A stretch of 63,193 bases of DNA, the filler included, from Octopus bimaculoides (lineage: Eukaryota): assembly GCF_001194135.2 (NCBI RefSeq). It is 4 parts of 4 records of this genome, joined end to end, with 100 filler letters (N's around TTAATTAATTAA, not from the genome) between each part and the next. Parts side by side here need not be neighbours in the genome. Positions count along the whole stretch, not along the records: positions 17,783 to 27,817 come from NC_068981.1; positions 27,918 to 37,179 come from NC_068990.1; positions 37,280 to 63,193 come from NC_069005.1; 1 more part is not named here. The stretch is one strand, 5' to 3'. The notes under the pieces were generated by a model. It did no database searches and had not been told where the DNA came from. It was given only the letters and a program-made list of their open reading frames with translations. Both the position numbers and the translations under genes were made by a program. Shown piece by piece: positions 24,356 through 37,533 of this stretch (its first letter is position 1; each line of letters opens with the position of its first letter).

Positions 24356-25545
24356 CATTAATCTGAAGATGGAGATCAAAATACTTTTCGATTTGCAAAA
24401 GAGTTTGGATGACGGTGATATTTAGAAAACGCATTAGTTCGACAAAGATGAAAAATGCATACCCTTATTAAAGCAAATTGCTAATATATCAAACACCAGA
24501 TTCAGTACAATGCGTTTCTGGTGACCTGAATTGGCATAAATTCTTCCCTTCATTAGCGTGGAAATGGCGGAAAGCCAAATGCAAATAAAAGAGAAAAAAA
24601 ATGAAAACAAAAAATTCTGCTGTCCCCCTTAAATTAGACTAGGCTTACGTACAGAAATGTAGAAAGCTCCTTTTACTAAGTTATTGAGTAGAACTAAAAC
24701 AGTGCATCGGCGTCTGGTCCGCATAATGTCGGTCATCCGTGCACGCGAATAACAGAAATTAAGGTTGTTTGTCATAAGATATTACTAAAGACTTTATCAA
24801 TAAAATTATGTGATGTGTGATATTGGCATAATGCATAAACAAAATGTGCAATCAGATATTGTGTTCCCATAGTTAAAAGGACATCTTCAAACTGTGAATC
24901 AACAAAAGGACATACATCTGAATGCACATATAAGATTATGAACCTGGGAAACGGTACAATTTGGGACAATTTTGGGATTATATAATGACATATATATACA
25001 TATGATGTAGTGTTCTGTGATGGTAAGATCAACAAAAGCAGTACACCATATGGTGAAAGACAAATGTTATTTAATAGACACAATACATATCTTTTTATGT
25101 ACTACTTGTGACACATAAAAATATGTATTGTGCTTATTAAATAGTATACATGTGTGGGCATGTATGTATGTATATATATATATATGTATATACATGTATA
25201 TTTATATATATATATATATATNNNNNNNNNNNNNNNNNNNNNNNNNNNNNNNNNNNNNNNNNNNNNNNNNNNNNNNNNNNNNNNNNNNNNNNNNNNNNNN
25301 NNNNNNNNNNNNNNNNNNNNNNNNNNNNNNNNNNNNNNNNNNNNNNNNNNNNNNNNNNNNNNNNNNNNNNNNNNNNNNNNNNNNNNNNNNNNNNNNNNNN
25401 NNNNNNNNNNNNNNNNNNNNNNNNNNNNNNNNNNNNNNNNNNNNNNNNNNNNNNNNNNNNNNNNNNNNNNNNNNNNNNNNNNNNNNNNNNNNNNNNNNNN
25501 NNNNNNNNNNNNNNNNATATATATATATATATATATATAATATCA

Positions 25546-25855
25546 ATGGGACAAGAACGCAAAACATCCAGACACGGTGTTAGGTGGTACAAAAATGGAC
25601 AACAAAACATCCAGATAGACGATACAAAGAGAACAAGGACGGGTCATTCTGATTTTTCTTTCCTTGGTTGAGTTCCAGATTATCTTTGCAATTCCGGCTG
25701 GTTATACTCGAGATTGCTCCAATCTGGCCAGCCCCAAGGAAAAACTAAACTAAGAGCATTAGATTTCTTGGAAGAAAGGAGCGAATGTATAGGAAAACAA
25801 GGACGGAAAAAGACGGAGAATGTTACACAAATACAAATAACAGTACATAACAACA
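25546..25855 (+). repeat. Unclassified interspersed repeat, also at 44818-45095
   Basis: Shared ctttgcaatt...gattgctccaatctggccagccccaag...gttacacaaatacaaataacag block and gggacaagaacgcaaaacatccagaca block. Confidence 0.85.
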
Positions 25856-26784
25856 TATATATACATGTGTATATACATGTGTATGCATGAATGTGTGTAT
25901 ACATACATACATACATACATACATACATACATACATTCACTGACCACCCTGAGTTATCAAGTTTAGCTCATTTTCGTTCCATTTATGCAAATAACCAAAT
26001 AACCTTAGGCATAAATGTGTTCTACTCTTTTAGTAACAGTCTTATCTACTGAAGAAAAGGTAGGACAAGTGTTGTGCTGATGATTCTCATTGCGGCTAAA
26101 ACATAGCCACATTTGTCTGATTGTCTTTAGATGGCACGCCAATTTTGGAAAATTCTTCATTCAACTCTTCTCGTTTAGATTTGCCACCCTTTACCACGAG
26201 GCGATAAATATACCCGTTATAGTATCGGAGTAAATTTCAATACACCAAGAATTTATTTATGTTAATTAATTATACTCTTATTCCACTATGTAGTTCAAAT
26301 ATATGTTCTCTTTGGTCAGTTTTATCACAGGGTAGGGTGTTAGACGCATGACCATAAGATTGTGGCTTCGATTCCTGGTTAGGGTGATGTGTTGCGTTTA
26401 TTTAGCGTTGCTCCAGTCAATTCAGTTGGTACGGCGTCCCAACCAGGAGTAAAATGGGAGAATATATACGCCTGAGAAACCAGGAAACCAGTTCTATGTT
26501 CCTTACGGAATAATGTGAACCAACCACACCCATCAACTACAAGAAAGACGATGACAACAATAACATCAATGTACAAATATGTGTTGATTTGTAGCCGTGG
26601 ATTTGTAAATTCATATTTATTCAAATATTATTTAAACCTTCTTAATATCATCACTATTATCAATATTCTTCTAAACGTTGAGGTCAGAATGAGGGTGTTG
26701 ATAGCATTCGGTTGTAATCTTAATATAGGGTGCGAGGATCATAACGATGTCAATGATGCAGAAGTGGGTGAGCGACTATGGTCA

Positions 26785-27690
26785 TAGTGTAGGCGGCGGC
26801 GGTGGTGGTGGTGACGGTGGTGGCGACGGCGGCGGTGGTGGTGGTGGTGGTGGTAGTGGTGGTGGTAGTAGTGGTGGTGGTAGCAGTGGTGCTGGTGCTG
26901 GTGGTGGTGATGGTGTGGTATGACAGTGGTGTGTGATGATAGTGATGGCGGTGATGATAGTGATAATGATGATGGAAACAGATGATGCTTGGAGTAATAA
27001 TTGCCATGACGACGTCGATGACAACAGCAACGACGACGAGGACGATGATGATGATGATGCTGATGATGATGATGGACGTATTACAGTGGTGATAGCCGTG
27101 TTGATGATTATGATTATCATGATCGTGTGATGGCAGTAGCGGCGACGCGTGTGGCGGTGTTGGTAGTAGTGATTCTAATCGCGATCGCAATGATGATGAA
27201 AATGATGAGGATAATGATGATGTGCAGGGGGAGAAGGAAGAAGAGGAGGTGAAGGTTGACGACGACGGTGATGACGTTGATGATGAGGAGGAGAATAAGA
27301 AAGATGGTGATGGTACTGATGATAATGATGACAACGACGACGACTATGACGACGACGACGACGATGATGATGGTGATGATGATGACGATGACGACGACGA
27401 TGATGTTGATGATGAGGAGGAGAATAAGAAAGATGGTGATGGTACTGATGAGGATGATGACGACAACGACGACTATGACGACGACGACGACGACGACGAC
27501 GATGATGATGATGTTGATGATGATGATGATGTTAATGACAATGCTGATAATGTTGGCAATGAACGCTTTACTTTAATTCTGATCGTTTATGATGATGATG
27601 ATGGTCATAATAATGATGATGAATACGACAAGGAAGATAACGATGATGACGATGACGACAACAGCAGCAGCAGCAACAACTATTGTGAGG
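26785..27690. repeat. Complex (GGT/GAT/GAC)n trinucleotide field with an internal 129-bp duplication
   Basis: gttgatgatgaggaggagaataagaaagatggtgatggtactgat occurs at 27276 and 27405. Confidence 0.9.
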
Positions 27691-27917
27691 ATCGGTGACC
27701 CTAATGACTGCGACGCTTCTAGTATTGGTATTACTGTAATTAGTTTGACATCGTCATCTTGGCAACTTGCCGCCTTACCCTTTCGTTTTTTCACCTTTGT
27801 ATCCCCTTTCTCTCTCTNNNNNNNNNNNNNNNNNNNNNNNNNNNNNNNNNNNNNNNNNNNNTTAATTAATTAANNNNNNNNNNNNNNNNNNNNNNNNNNN
27901 NNNNNNNNNNNNNNNNN

Positions 27918-27951
<34 letters not shown>

Positions 27952-28210
27952 ATTTTTTTCTATCAGTAATTAAAAATTACTGATAGAACAAGTTGAACTG
28001 GTTCATTTCGAGACCACGGTCAGCGCACTCATTGATCGCTAGTAGTAGTAAAAACATTTGATCTATGCTGACCCCAAAAGTGTGAGGCTTCTTTTGTCTC
28101 GTTATCGCACAGGAACGCCCACTGCTGATCTCCTGACCATCTGCCGAATGTATTTACAGACCTGTAGAATTTCGACTATTCACCAAGCTGCTTCTCTTCC
28201 TCCTACTCTC

Positions 28211-28454
28211 AAGACGATTACAATACCCGTGATTGTGGGAGCGCTTGAAATGACCAGTAAAAGAACTAAAAATTAGTCAAGAATGATCCCTGGATTACCA
28301 TTCATGCAGGGAGCGCAAAAGATAATATTAAGTGTTAACTGCAAACGTAAACAGACTGTATATGAAAAGAAAGAATGGTGGCAGAGGACTGATTAGTATA
28401 GGAGAACGCTTACCGAGTATTTGATAAATAGTGACGAAGATCTGCTGCAATATA
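28211..28454 (+). mobile_element. Two small R4-like LINE fragments
   Basis: 28211-28330 reads TIPVIVGALEMTSKRTKN*SRMIPGLP (REL C-terminus). 28343-28454 reads RLYMKRKNGGRGLISI/RRTLTEYLINSDEDLLQY and matches 31188-31309 at the nucleotide level, with an internal deletion. Confidence 0.75.
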
Positions 28455-28619
28455 CCGGGTCCCATATTATTATTGATATTTTTTAATGCTATATGTAGAA
28501 CGATGATGATAATGATAATCATTGTGGTTATGGAGGCGACACAATGCAAGCACGTTATTTATATATATGCGTATGTACATAGATGTGCACGTGTATATAC
28601 AAATAAAGAGAGGAAGGGA

Positions 28620-31600
28620 GAGATGGAATCTCAATAACAACTCTCGTGGGAACCCCCACGATCGACTCATGAAACCACGATGCAACACAACAAAGAAAGA
28701 ATTAACGCGAGAATGAAGCTATAGCCGATCATGGTGAAGGTTTCCCGCTAGGCACGTCCGAAACCGCACGTATCAGGGGCAGTGATCTGGCCTCGGACGG
28801 TCGTTATGTCACAACAGATCACATACACGGTGTGCGCAAAAGCAGACATAAGTGGACGAAGGAAGAGTACAATACATTTATTGAATGTCATGAAAGAAGA
28901 AAGCTGGAAAGGAGTCGCGGAGCAGGCCGACGTACGTTGAAATTTTGGATGGAAGAGGACATGCGTCCAATGTCAGAAAATAAACTAATGAACCACGTGG
29001 GAGTGATTAGGAGGAAGGGATACTTAACTGGAGTAGAAATATCTCGGATTAGTGAGAGTCTGAGAGACCCTGTGGATGGGCTACCAAGGATGGTCGGAGT
29101 TGAAAACAGAGAGGTAGAAGTTGAAAGCCTAGAGAAAAGTAGACAGGAGGAATAGGGAAATGGTATTGGGGCTGTTAAGGATGAGGAATAGAAACGTGAT
29201 ACAGTGAACCCTGATACTGTGGTGGGTGGACATGCAGGGGAAATGAACCAACTAGATAATGAATTGCTTGAAATTCAAAGACGACTCACCGACTTGATGA
29301 ATTCTCCAGAAGAAAAAATCTTCATGGATATGAGAAGGGTAGATAGGAGTATGATAAATAAAGTAACACAAAAGATAAATACTTTCATACCATACATCTA
29401 GACGGAGGACATAAAACAAACAAGGGATCTTCTCCTGGCTATTGTACTACTTGTTGAGTAGACATTGAAACTTAAGAGAACAAAAAATGGTAGAACAAAA
29501 GAACCATGGTGGAAACGACGCATTGAAAGGGACATTATGCGGGCAAGGCAAGATCTAGGAAAAATTGAGCAATGGTTAAGAGATCCTTTTAACCATTACT
29601 CAATTTTTATTAGATCTGGAAAAATGGGAAAAAGACCGGCCGAGAAAAATTAAAGAAATATAAATTACAGAAGAACGGGTTTTATGCAGTAATAGAGCAG
29701 TTAAAGCAGAGGATCATGGCAAAAAGCCAGAAGATGAGAAGATTTGTGAACAGAAATAAGCAGTTCGAGAACAGCTTGTTCAAAAATAACCCAAAGCAAT
29801 TCTTCCGAATGTTAGAAGGAGACAATAAGGAAAATGTTGCTCCTGATGCAAATCAAGTCAAGGAGTTCTGAAGCAGATTATGGAGAAACAAAGTGGTGCG
29901 TAAAAGGGATGCAATGTGGATAAGAACTATCAAGACAGAATTACAAGGAGGAAAGAAACAAAGGAATATTGTTGAAGATGTTAACGAACGAGTGGGTAAA
30001 GTGCCTAACTGGAAAGCCCCCGGACCAGATGAGATTCATGGCTTCTGGCTGAAGAGATACCTCTCGGTGCATGAAAGACTAACAGCTGAATTGAATGAAT
30101 GTGTCCTGAAAGGTACAGTCCCCGCGTGGATGGTGACTGGGAGGAAACACTTACAATGAAAGATAGAAGAAAGGGGAATATCGTGGGAACTACCGTCCCA
30201 TAGCATGCCTAAACATAATCTAGATGATTACTCACTGGAATATGTGCAACAAAGACATACACTATCCTGGCACAGGAAGAAATACTACCAAGGGAACAAA
30301 AAGGATGTAGGAAGAGTTCTCAGGGTACCAAAGATCACCTGGTCATCGATACAATAGTTTTGAGGCATTGTAAAAAACATCATACAAACATATCTCTGAC
30401 TTGGATTGACTTTAAGAAGGCATGTTATATGATGAGGCATATGATGTGATGCCTCATTCTTGGATAGTTCAATGCCTGCAGATATTTGGTGTTGCTGACA
30501 ACATCATAAATTTTCTGATGTACAGCATGAAAGAGTGGAAAACCAAATTATACTCAAGTAATGTATTCCTTGGAGAAGTTAATATTAAAAGGGGAATCTT
30601 CCAAGGTGACTCGTTTCTTCCGTTACATTTTGTAATTGCACTAATACCCATAACAATGACACTTAGGAAAGTTAAAATGGATTACCGATGTGGGAAGAAA
30701 GGCCTATCATTGAACCATCTTCTGTTTATGGACGGCCTGAAATTGTGTGGGAAGTTTGAAAAACAGATAGATTTCTTAACCAAAACAGTCCAGAAGTGTG
30801 GTAGGGACATCGGTATGGAATTTGGAATTATCAAATGCCCAGTACTTAATATGAAAAGAGGGAAGAAAGCATCCTGCAGAGGACTGCGGTTACCATGAGG
30901 AGGGGTGAACCCGATGATAGTGGGTACAAATATTTAGGGATTTTGGAGCTGGATGACATTCTACACAGAGAAATGAAAGTCAAGGTCAGCGAGACGTATC
31001 AAAAAAGGGTGAAGATGGTGTTGAAATCCAATATGAATGCCAAAAATTTGATTACTGCGATGAATATCTGGGCAGTTGCGGTGGTGAGATATAGTGCACC
31101 CATTCTCAAATGGACTAAGGAGGAAATATCAGCACTGGATAGAACAGGAAAGTTGATGACGCTGCATGGGGCACTACACCCTAAAGTAAACATAAACAGA
31201 CTGTATATGAAGAGAAAGAGAGCTAATTAGTATAGACCATTGTATAAAGAGTGAAAGGAGAACGCTTGCCGAGTATTTGATAAATAGTGATGAAGACCTG
31301 CTACAATATGTCGCGAAAGATATGGGTGTAAATGCAGATGAAATGATGAGCAAGGAAGAGTTTAACCAAAGAGCTGAGGAGAACAGAAAAGAAGACCTTC
31401 TTGAAATGAGAATGCATGGACAGTTTGAAAGGAATACACCAAACGTTAAGGATAATACAAAATCGTGGGCATAGCTTGAGCGAGGTGATTTGAAGTGTAC
31501 CACCGAAAGCCTGATCATTGCTGCACAAGACCAGGCTCTCGCTACCAAGCCAGTGAAGTATAACATCTATAAAACTTCTGACACACAGAAATGAAGACTC

Positions 31601-32235
31601 TGTGGAAAGAGTGTGGAAAATGTGACCCACTTGGTAAGTGGATGTGAGAGCCTTGCACAAAAAGAATGCAAGCGCTGTCACGATAAAGTGTATGTGTATC
31701 TTCACTGGCTCTTATGCTGTAAATACCAATATGAAGTAACAGAGAACTGGTATGAGCATGTAACAAGTAAAGTTATGCAGGAGGATGGAAAAGTAACGAT
31801 ACTCTGGGACTATGATTTTCAGACAAATCGTGTAATCGAACCCTGTCGGCCGGATATTGTCATATTGTATAAGAGAGACAAATACTGTCAGATCATTGAT
31901 GTAGCCATACCAAATGACATGAATGTTGTGAGTAAAGAGGTTAAAAAATCACCAAGTACTCCGAATTGAAAGTGGAATGCGAAAGGGTAATGTAAAATTG
32001 ATAATAGTGGTGATCAGAGCGTTGGTCTGAATCCCATTGAAACTTTAAACTTCTTAAGACAACTAGAAATCTCATGCAAGATTGATGTCTTGCAAAAAGC
32101 AGTCTTATTGGGCATAGAGCACATCTAAAGGAAAGTATTATCTGGCTGAGGGCCTTGTTGTGACTTGACAGATGACTAAAGACTTACCTACACTGTGTTA
32201 CAAAGGAATAATAATAATAATAATAATACTAATAA
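28620..32235 (+). pseudogene. Near-full-length decayed R4/Dong-like non-LTR retrotransposon (RT, CCHC, REL endonuclease)
   Basis: Motifs in order: HKWTKEE (~28847), PWWKRRIE, WKAPGPDEIHGFWLK (~30010), YRPIACLN (30191), EQKGCR, WIDFKKA (~30400), RGIFQGDS (~30590), HLLFMDG, GMEFG, YKYLG, (C>*)RLCGKSVENVTHLVSGC (~31590), RPDIV..IIDVAIP (~31845-31910); (AAT)n tail 32207-32235. Many stops and frameshifts; 5' boundary uncertain. Confidence 0.92.
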
Positions 32236-32291
32236 GCACAATATATGCAAAAACCTGGACTTGCCCCATGATAAAAACTGGTGGGAACACA
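32236..32291 (+). mobile_element. Start of another 5'-truncated R4-like copy directly after the (AAT)n tail
   Basis: Encodes HNICKNLDLPHDKNWWEH, equivalent to the HWxLCxxxxxxxxxxWYEH motif seen in the neighbours; runs into a gap. Confidence 0.65.
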
Positions 32292-32391
32292 NNNNNNNNN
32301 NNNNNNNNNNNNNNNNNNNNNNNNNNNNNNNNNNNNNNNNNNNNNNNNNNNNNNNNNNNNNNNNNNNNNNNNNNNNNNNNNNNNNNNNNNN

Positions 32392-32428
<37 letters not shown>

Positions 32429-33434
32429 TTCATATACACAACAGATTAGAATGTTGGAAAAGAAAAAATATTAACATCGGGCTACAAGTAACTTTAGATG
32501 CCAAGAAACCTCCTAAGTACCCTAGCTGTCCCTGATAACACTGTTTTCTGGAGTTGTATTAAACTGGATTCTATGCCTATTTCCTCTCTCCATTTTCTTA
32601 GATCTTTAGGGATAGTTCCCAATGCACCTATAACTACTGGGATACATTTTGCCCGCACTTTCCATAGTCTCTGTAATTCAATAGCTAGGTCCTGATACTT
32701 TGCTATTTTTTCTATACTTCACATTGATTTTTTCATCATTTGGGTCTGTAAAGTCAGTTATTTGGTACTTCTTACTCTCTTTATCTACTGCAACTAAATC
32801 AGGCGTTCTAGTTTCTATTACTCTGTCAGTCTGATTGTTAAAGTCCCACAACATCTTGTATTTCTTACTTTCTAGTACTCTACTAGGTTCATGTTCATAC
32901 CATTTATCAGTATGTTCAAATCGTAGCTTTCTACATAACCGCCAGTGGATTACTCTCCTTAAGTTGTCATATCTATTCTTGTTTTCTTTCTGTGCCAGCA
33001 TGCTACATTCACTTACTATATGAGTAGCACTTTCCTCTTTTGATTTGCATAACCTGCATTGGGAATCTACTTGGTTTTTATGTATCATGGCTTTTATCCA
33101 ATTAGTCCTTAGTGCTTTATCTTGTGCAGCTACTAACAAACTTTCTGTCTCCCTCTTTAGCCTTCCTTTCCGCAATCATAGCCATGTCCCACTACTACTA
33201 TTTTCTGCAACTATCTGTGGCAATTTACCATGCAGCGCTTTCTCTTGCCAGTCAGATAACTTCTGTTCCTTTTTCTAGTTTTTAACTTTGTTTGAGGTTT
33301 TTGGTTTCCCTATGTCTAGCAGCTTTTAGTAACCTTTCTTCACCATTACCTACATAGAAGTCTATATCTACTCTAGCTAACTCCACGCAGTCTTCTACTG
33401 ATATTAACTCTCTTTCGCCTTCCTTCCTAGGTAT
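32392..33434 (-). mobile_element. 5'-truncated R4/Dong-like LINE
   Basis: LKRETESLLVAAQDKALRTN..CRLCKSKEESATHIVSEC..WYEH..LWDF..RTPDL, ending LQKTVLSGTARVLRRFLGI*, short 3' UTR, (AAT)n tail 32392-32428; 5' end abuts (AAT)n at 33434. Confidence 0.92.
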
Positions 33435-34919
33435 ATTATTATTATTATTGTTCAGTAGTTTTAGTTTTATAACGTGCTTTCACTTCACTACCGAGCGCAA
33501 CTCTGTGCGCCTTGGGTATGTGCTGTGGTTTGCTATGGTGCTCTTATGGTTACTGTATTGAAGGTGTTTTGCGTAGGATGTGTGCAGTGCCCAGTAGTGC
33601 AATTTTCTGTATGTTATATATATTTGTAAGTCCTGGTGTTTTTGTTATGTATTTGTCTGAATATTTTTTTATTATACCTAAGGCACCTACTATGATAGGA
33701 ATTGTTTCTGCTTTTAAATTCCACATTCGAGTTACCTCTATTTCCAGGTCTTTGTATTTTGAAAGTTTTTCCATTTCTTTTAGGGNNNNNNNNNNNNNNN
33801 NNNNNNNNNNNNNNNNNNNNNNNNNNNNNNNNNNNNNNNNNNNNNNNNNNNNNNNNNNNNNNNNNNNNNNNNNNNNNNNNNNNNNNNNNNNNNNNNNNNN
33901 NNNNNNNNNNNNNNNNNNNNNNNNNNNNNNNNNNNNNNNNNNNNNNNNNNNNNNNNNNNNNNNNNNNNNNNNNNNNNNNNNNNNNNNNNNNNNNNNNNNN
34001 NNNNNNNNNNNNNNNNNNNNNNNNNNNNNNNNNNNNNNNNNNNNNNNNNNNNNNNNNNNNNNNNNNNNNNNNNNNNNNNNNNNNNNNNNNNNNNNNNNNN
34101 NNNNNNNNNNNNNNNNNNNNNNNNNNNNNNNNNNNNNNNNNNNNNNNNNNNNNNNNNNNNNNNNNNNNNNNNNNNNNNNNNNNNNNNNNNNNNNNNNNNN
34201 NNNNNNNNNNNNNNNNNNNNNNNNNNNNNNNNNNNNNNNNNNNNNNNNNNNNNNNNNNNNNNNNNNNNNNNNNNNNNNNNNNNNNNNNNNNNNNNNNNNN
34301 NNNNNNNNNNNNNNNNNNNNNNNNNNNNNNNNNNNNNNNNNNNNNNNNNNNNNNNNNNNNNNNNNNNNNNNNNNNNNNNNNNNNNNNNNNNNNNNNNNNN
34401 NNNNNNNNNNNNNNNNNNNNNNNNNNNNNNNNNNNNNNNNNNNNNNNNNNNNNNNNNNNNNNNNNNNNNNNNNNNNNNNNNNNNNNNNNNNNNNNNNNNN
34501 NNNNNNNNNNNNNNNNNNNNNNNNNNNNNNNNNNNNNNNNNNNNNNNNNNNNNNNNNNNNNNNNNNNNNNNNNNNNNNNNNNNNNNNNNNNNNNNNNNNN
34601 NNNNNNNNNNNNNNNNNNNNNNNNNNNNNNNNNNNNNNNNNNNNNNNNNNNNNNNNNNNNNNNNNNNNNNNNNNGTATATATAGCCTTTCTATGTCAGAT
34701 TTTGGGTGGTGCATCCTATATCCTATCATTATTTTTCTTGTTTTCCTGTCTATTTTACATAGTTCGTTTAGTGTCCAGTTAAGGATGTTGTAGCTGTAGC
34801 TTATAACTGGGACAGCTAAAGTGTTGATACCCATTATCTTGTTTTTAGCATTGAGCTGTTTTTAGTATTGATCTAACTCGTCTATAGTACTCTTTCTTTT
34901 TTTTTTCTTTCATTTTCTT

Positions 34920-34921
<2 letters not shown>
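33434..34921 (-). mobile_element. 5'-truncated R4/Dong-like LINE spanning a gap
   Basis: MKEKKRKEYYRRVRS..NAKNKIMGINTLAVPVISYS..HPKSDIERLY [gap] EKLSKYKDLEIE..IPIIVGALG..QKIALLGTAHILRK*; tail (AAT)n 33434-33449; 5' end abuts (AAT)n at 34922. That both sides of the gap are one copy is an inference. Confidence 0.85.
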
Positions 34922-34978
<57 letters not shown>

Positions 34979-35310
34979 TGGCTTTTGCTTTGTATTTGTA
35001 CAAGTTGACTGGAAGTCTCACCCAGAGACATCAAGACGCAAGTTAGAAGTTCAAGTTGGTGCTATGACTCGGCTGTCATATTTTGGGTTTTGCACAGAGT
35101 ATTATTCTAGAGAATGTTTTTGAAAACATAAGAAAATTAGAAGTTTGTTATAAAAGTAATTTGATTTTAAGATGATTGTGTGATCTTAAGGTCACAGTAA
35201 AAGACGTTTGCTATTACCTACATTTAAAGGTACTTTGACAATGTTTACAGATTAAAATGTTTTGGGGATTACACAGAAAATACTTTTTGTATGTTGTTTT
35301 CGGGATTACT
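34922..35310 (-). mobile_element. Probable 3' end/UTR of a further LINE copy ending in (AAT)n
   Basis: Unique sequence ending in a long (AAT)n (34922-34978) in the same orientation as the neighbours; no clear protein motif, so the assignment rests on position and tail. Confidence 0.45.
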
Positions 35311-35864
35311 TAACAGAGGTTTACTTTAGAGCCAAGAGTATTTCTTCTTGCGTTTGAGGGTATTGGCTTGACGTTACTCTGTTTATTGGTTTACAAGAAT
35401 TTGCAAGAACCAACAGACTCTAACTCTAACAATAGCACCGTAAAATAATAAGATCAACTTTATAATGTCCTCATAGACATCAGTGTAGATATATTTATTA
35501 GGACATAACTGAACACACTCAATGCTCTGTACAACGCATTTATAATGTCCTAAAACACCATTATATTAGTGTTCCATATAATTAACAGCAATATGGAGGA
35601 ATAACGTCTACAGGTTGTTCGTTGATAGACGCGTTTAATAGATGTGGATGCGATGAGGAAGGAAGAACTGAGTGAACTCTTTGACACAAGACATATGCAT
35701 AACAAGTGTACACAATTTTTATATATTAAAAAAAGCTTATAATAAAATCAATGAACTTTGAAGGAAAAGCGTAATCACATCTGTTCTATGTCGATTGTCT
35801 TTAGGGACTTAGTTTTGCCAGATTGGAGAAGTGTGAAGTGATACATAAACAACTAAATGTGTTA

Positions 35865-36146
35865 GTGAAGGTGCGTGGCTTATCGATTAGGATATTCGGC
35901 TCACGATCGTAAGGTAGTGAGTTCGAGTCCCGGCGGCGCGTTATGTTATTGAGCAAGACACTTTATTTCAGCTGGCAAAAATGCGTTGTACCTGTAATTC
36001 AAAGGGTCACGCTGAATTTCTGTAAGAACTACGTTAATGGTATGCGTGTCTATAGAAAGCCCACCCACTTGCAAGTTAATTTCACGAGCAGGCTGTTCCG
36101 TTGATCGGATCAAACTGGAACACTCACCGTCGTAAATGACGGAGTG
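35865..36146 (+). mobile_element. tRNA-headed SINE (family 3), internally deleted
   Basis: gtggcttatcgattagg (A-box-like), gagttcgagtccc (B-box); 3' part matches the reverse complement of 51310-51480. Confidence 0.8.
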
Positions 36147-36348
36147 TTAAAATTGCGTCAGTACAGAAGGAATCTAAGCACACTACACATAGAAGTGAAG
36201 ATATGTGTGTAGGTGAAAGGTTCATGCAGCAGCGTGGTCCAGCATTTGATTCCATTACATAATACACTGAGCAATTAGCTTTTACCATAGACTTGTAAGT
36301 GGAAATTGGCTAATGGAAACTGCGTAGAAGCCATTGCGTACACACATA

Positions 36349-36838
36349 TAGAGGCGTTATCAAACATTTCTCGGACTAGTTTTGTAGCGCGCCAACAGAT
36401 GGTAGCACACGATTGCGTGCACAATGAGAACTAGCAGTGACCTTCATGAGGCAGTGTGCCGAGTGACATCCCTGTGTTTATTTCGCAAGTTGTGAAATTT
36501 GTGTTTTTGTGATCACGTGTATGCTGTAGTCTGCGATTTTGTGAGTTTCTCGCCAAAAACAAAATGGTATCACTTCCGCACCCACCCTCTTCGTCAGATT
36601 TGGCACCTGCAGACTTCCATCTCTTCCCCCAAGACGACAAGGCGGCTTAAAGGTTACCATTTTAACAGCGTTGTCGAGGTCCAGAGCGAATCGCAGAGGG
36701 TCCTTAACTCGCTTACGGAAAACAACATCCAAACAGGATTCCAAAAGTGGCAGGAAAACTGGGACCGGTGTATTGCTATGTAAGGTAACTATTTCGAAGA
36801 TGATATTAAAACTTTGATAAATATGATACTACCTCGTA
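36349..36838 (+). mobile_element. Internally deleted mariner element
   Basis: EFLAKNKMVSLPHPPSSSDLAPADFHLFPK..LKG..FQKWQENWDRCIAM*GNYFE matches the HPPYSPDLAP...GDYFE C-terminus of mariner transposases; degenerate TIRs TAGAGGCGTTATCAAA / ...GATACTACCTCGTA. Confidence 0.9.
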
Positions 36839-36920
36839 CCTACACGCAATACACGCAATACACGCAATACACGCACGCACAAACACACACACGCACACAA
36901 ACAAACAAACAAACACACAC

Positions 36921-37130
36921 TATTATTCTTTTATTCTTTTGTTTCATTTGACTGCAGCCATGCTGGAACACCGTCTTTTAGTCGAACAAATCGACCCCAG
37001 AACTTATTCTTAGTAAGCCTAGTACTAATTCTATCGGTCTCTTTTGCCGAACTGCTAAGTTACTTGGACGTAAATACACCAACATCTGTTGTCAAGTGAC
37101 CGGGGGAGGGGCAAACATGGATACACAAAC
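36921..37130 (-). mobile_element. Family 1 SINE 3' domain
   Basis: Close match to 21215-21400. Confidence 0.85.
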
Positions 37131-37134
37131 ATAT

Positions 37135-37165
<31 letters not shown>

Positions 37166-37279
37166 CATATATATATATANNNNNNNNNNNNNNNNNNNNN
37201 NNNNNNNNNNNNNNNNNNNNNNNTTAATTAATTAANNNNNNNNNNNNNNNNNNNNNNNNNNNNNNNNNNNNNNNNNNNN

Positions 37280-37328
<49 letters not shown>

Positions 37329-37495
37329 TATATATACACACCGCACCACACAATTACGCGGACAAACATTCTGAAACAAATTCATACACAGTTGTACACA
37401 GTTTCAATTAGTACATCTGTATGCACGTGTGTAAATGTATGCATATTTATATGTTGTGTGTAATATATGTGTGTATGCTTTTTTTGTGTGTTTGA

Positions 37496-37533
<38 letters not shown>

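Noticed and set aside
27222-27698. 158-aa Asp-rich ORF resembling acidic biomineralisation proteins
   Set aside because: It lies within a (GAT/GAC)n microsatellite field, where the GAT frame is stop-free by construction. It starts at a GTG, has no signal peptide, and similar fields occur at 16.1, 37.7 and 47.8 kb.
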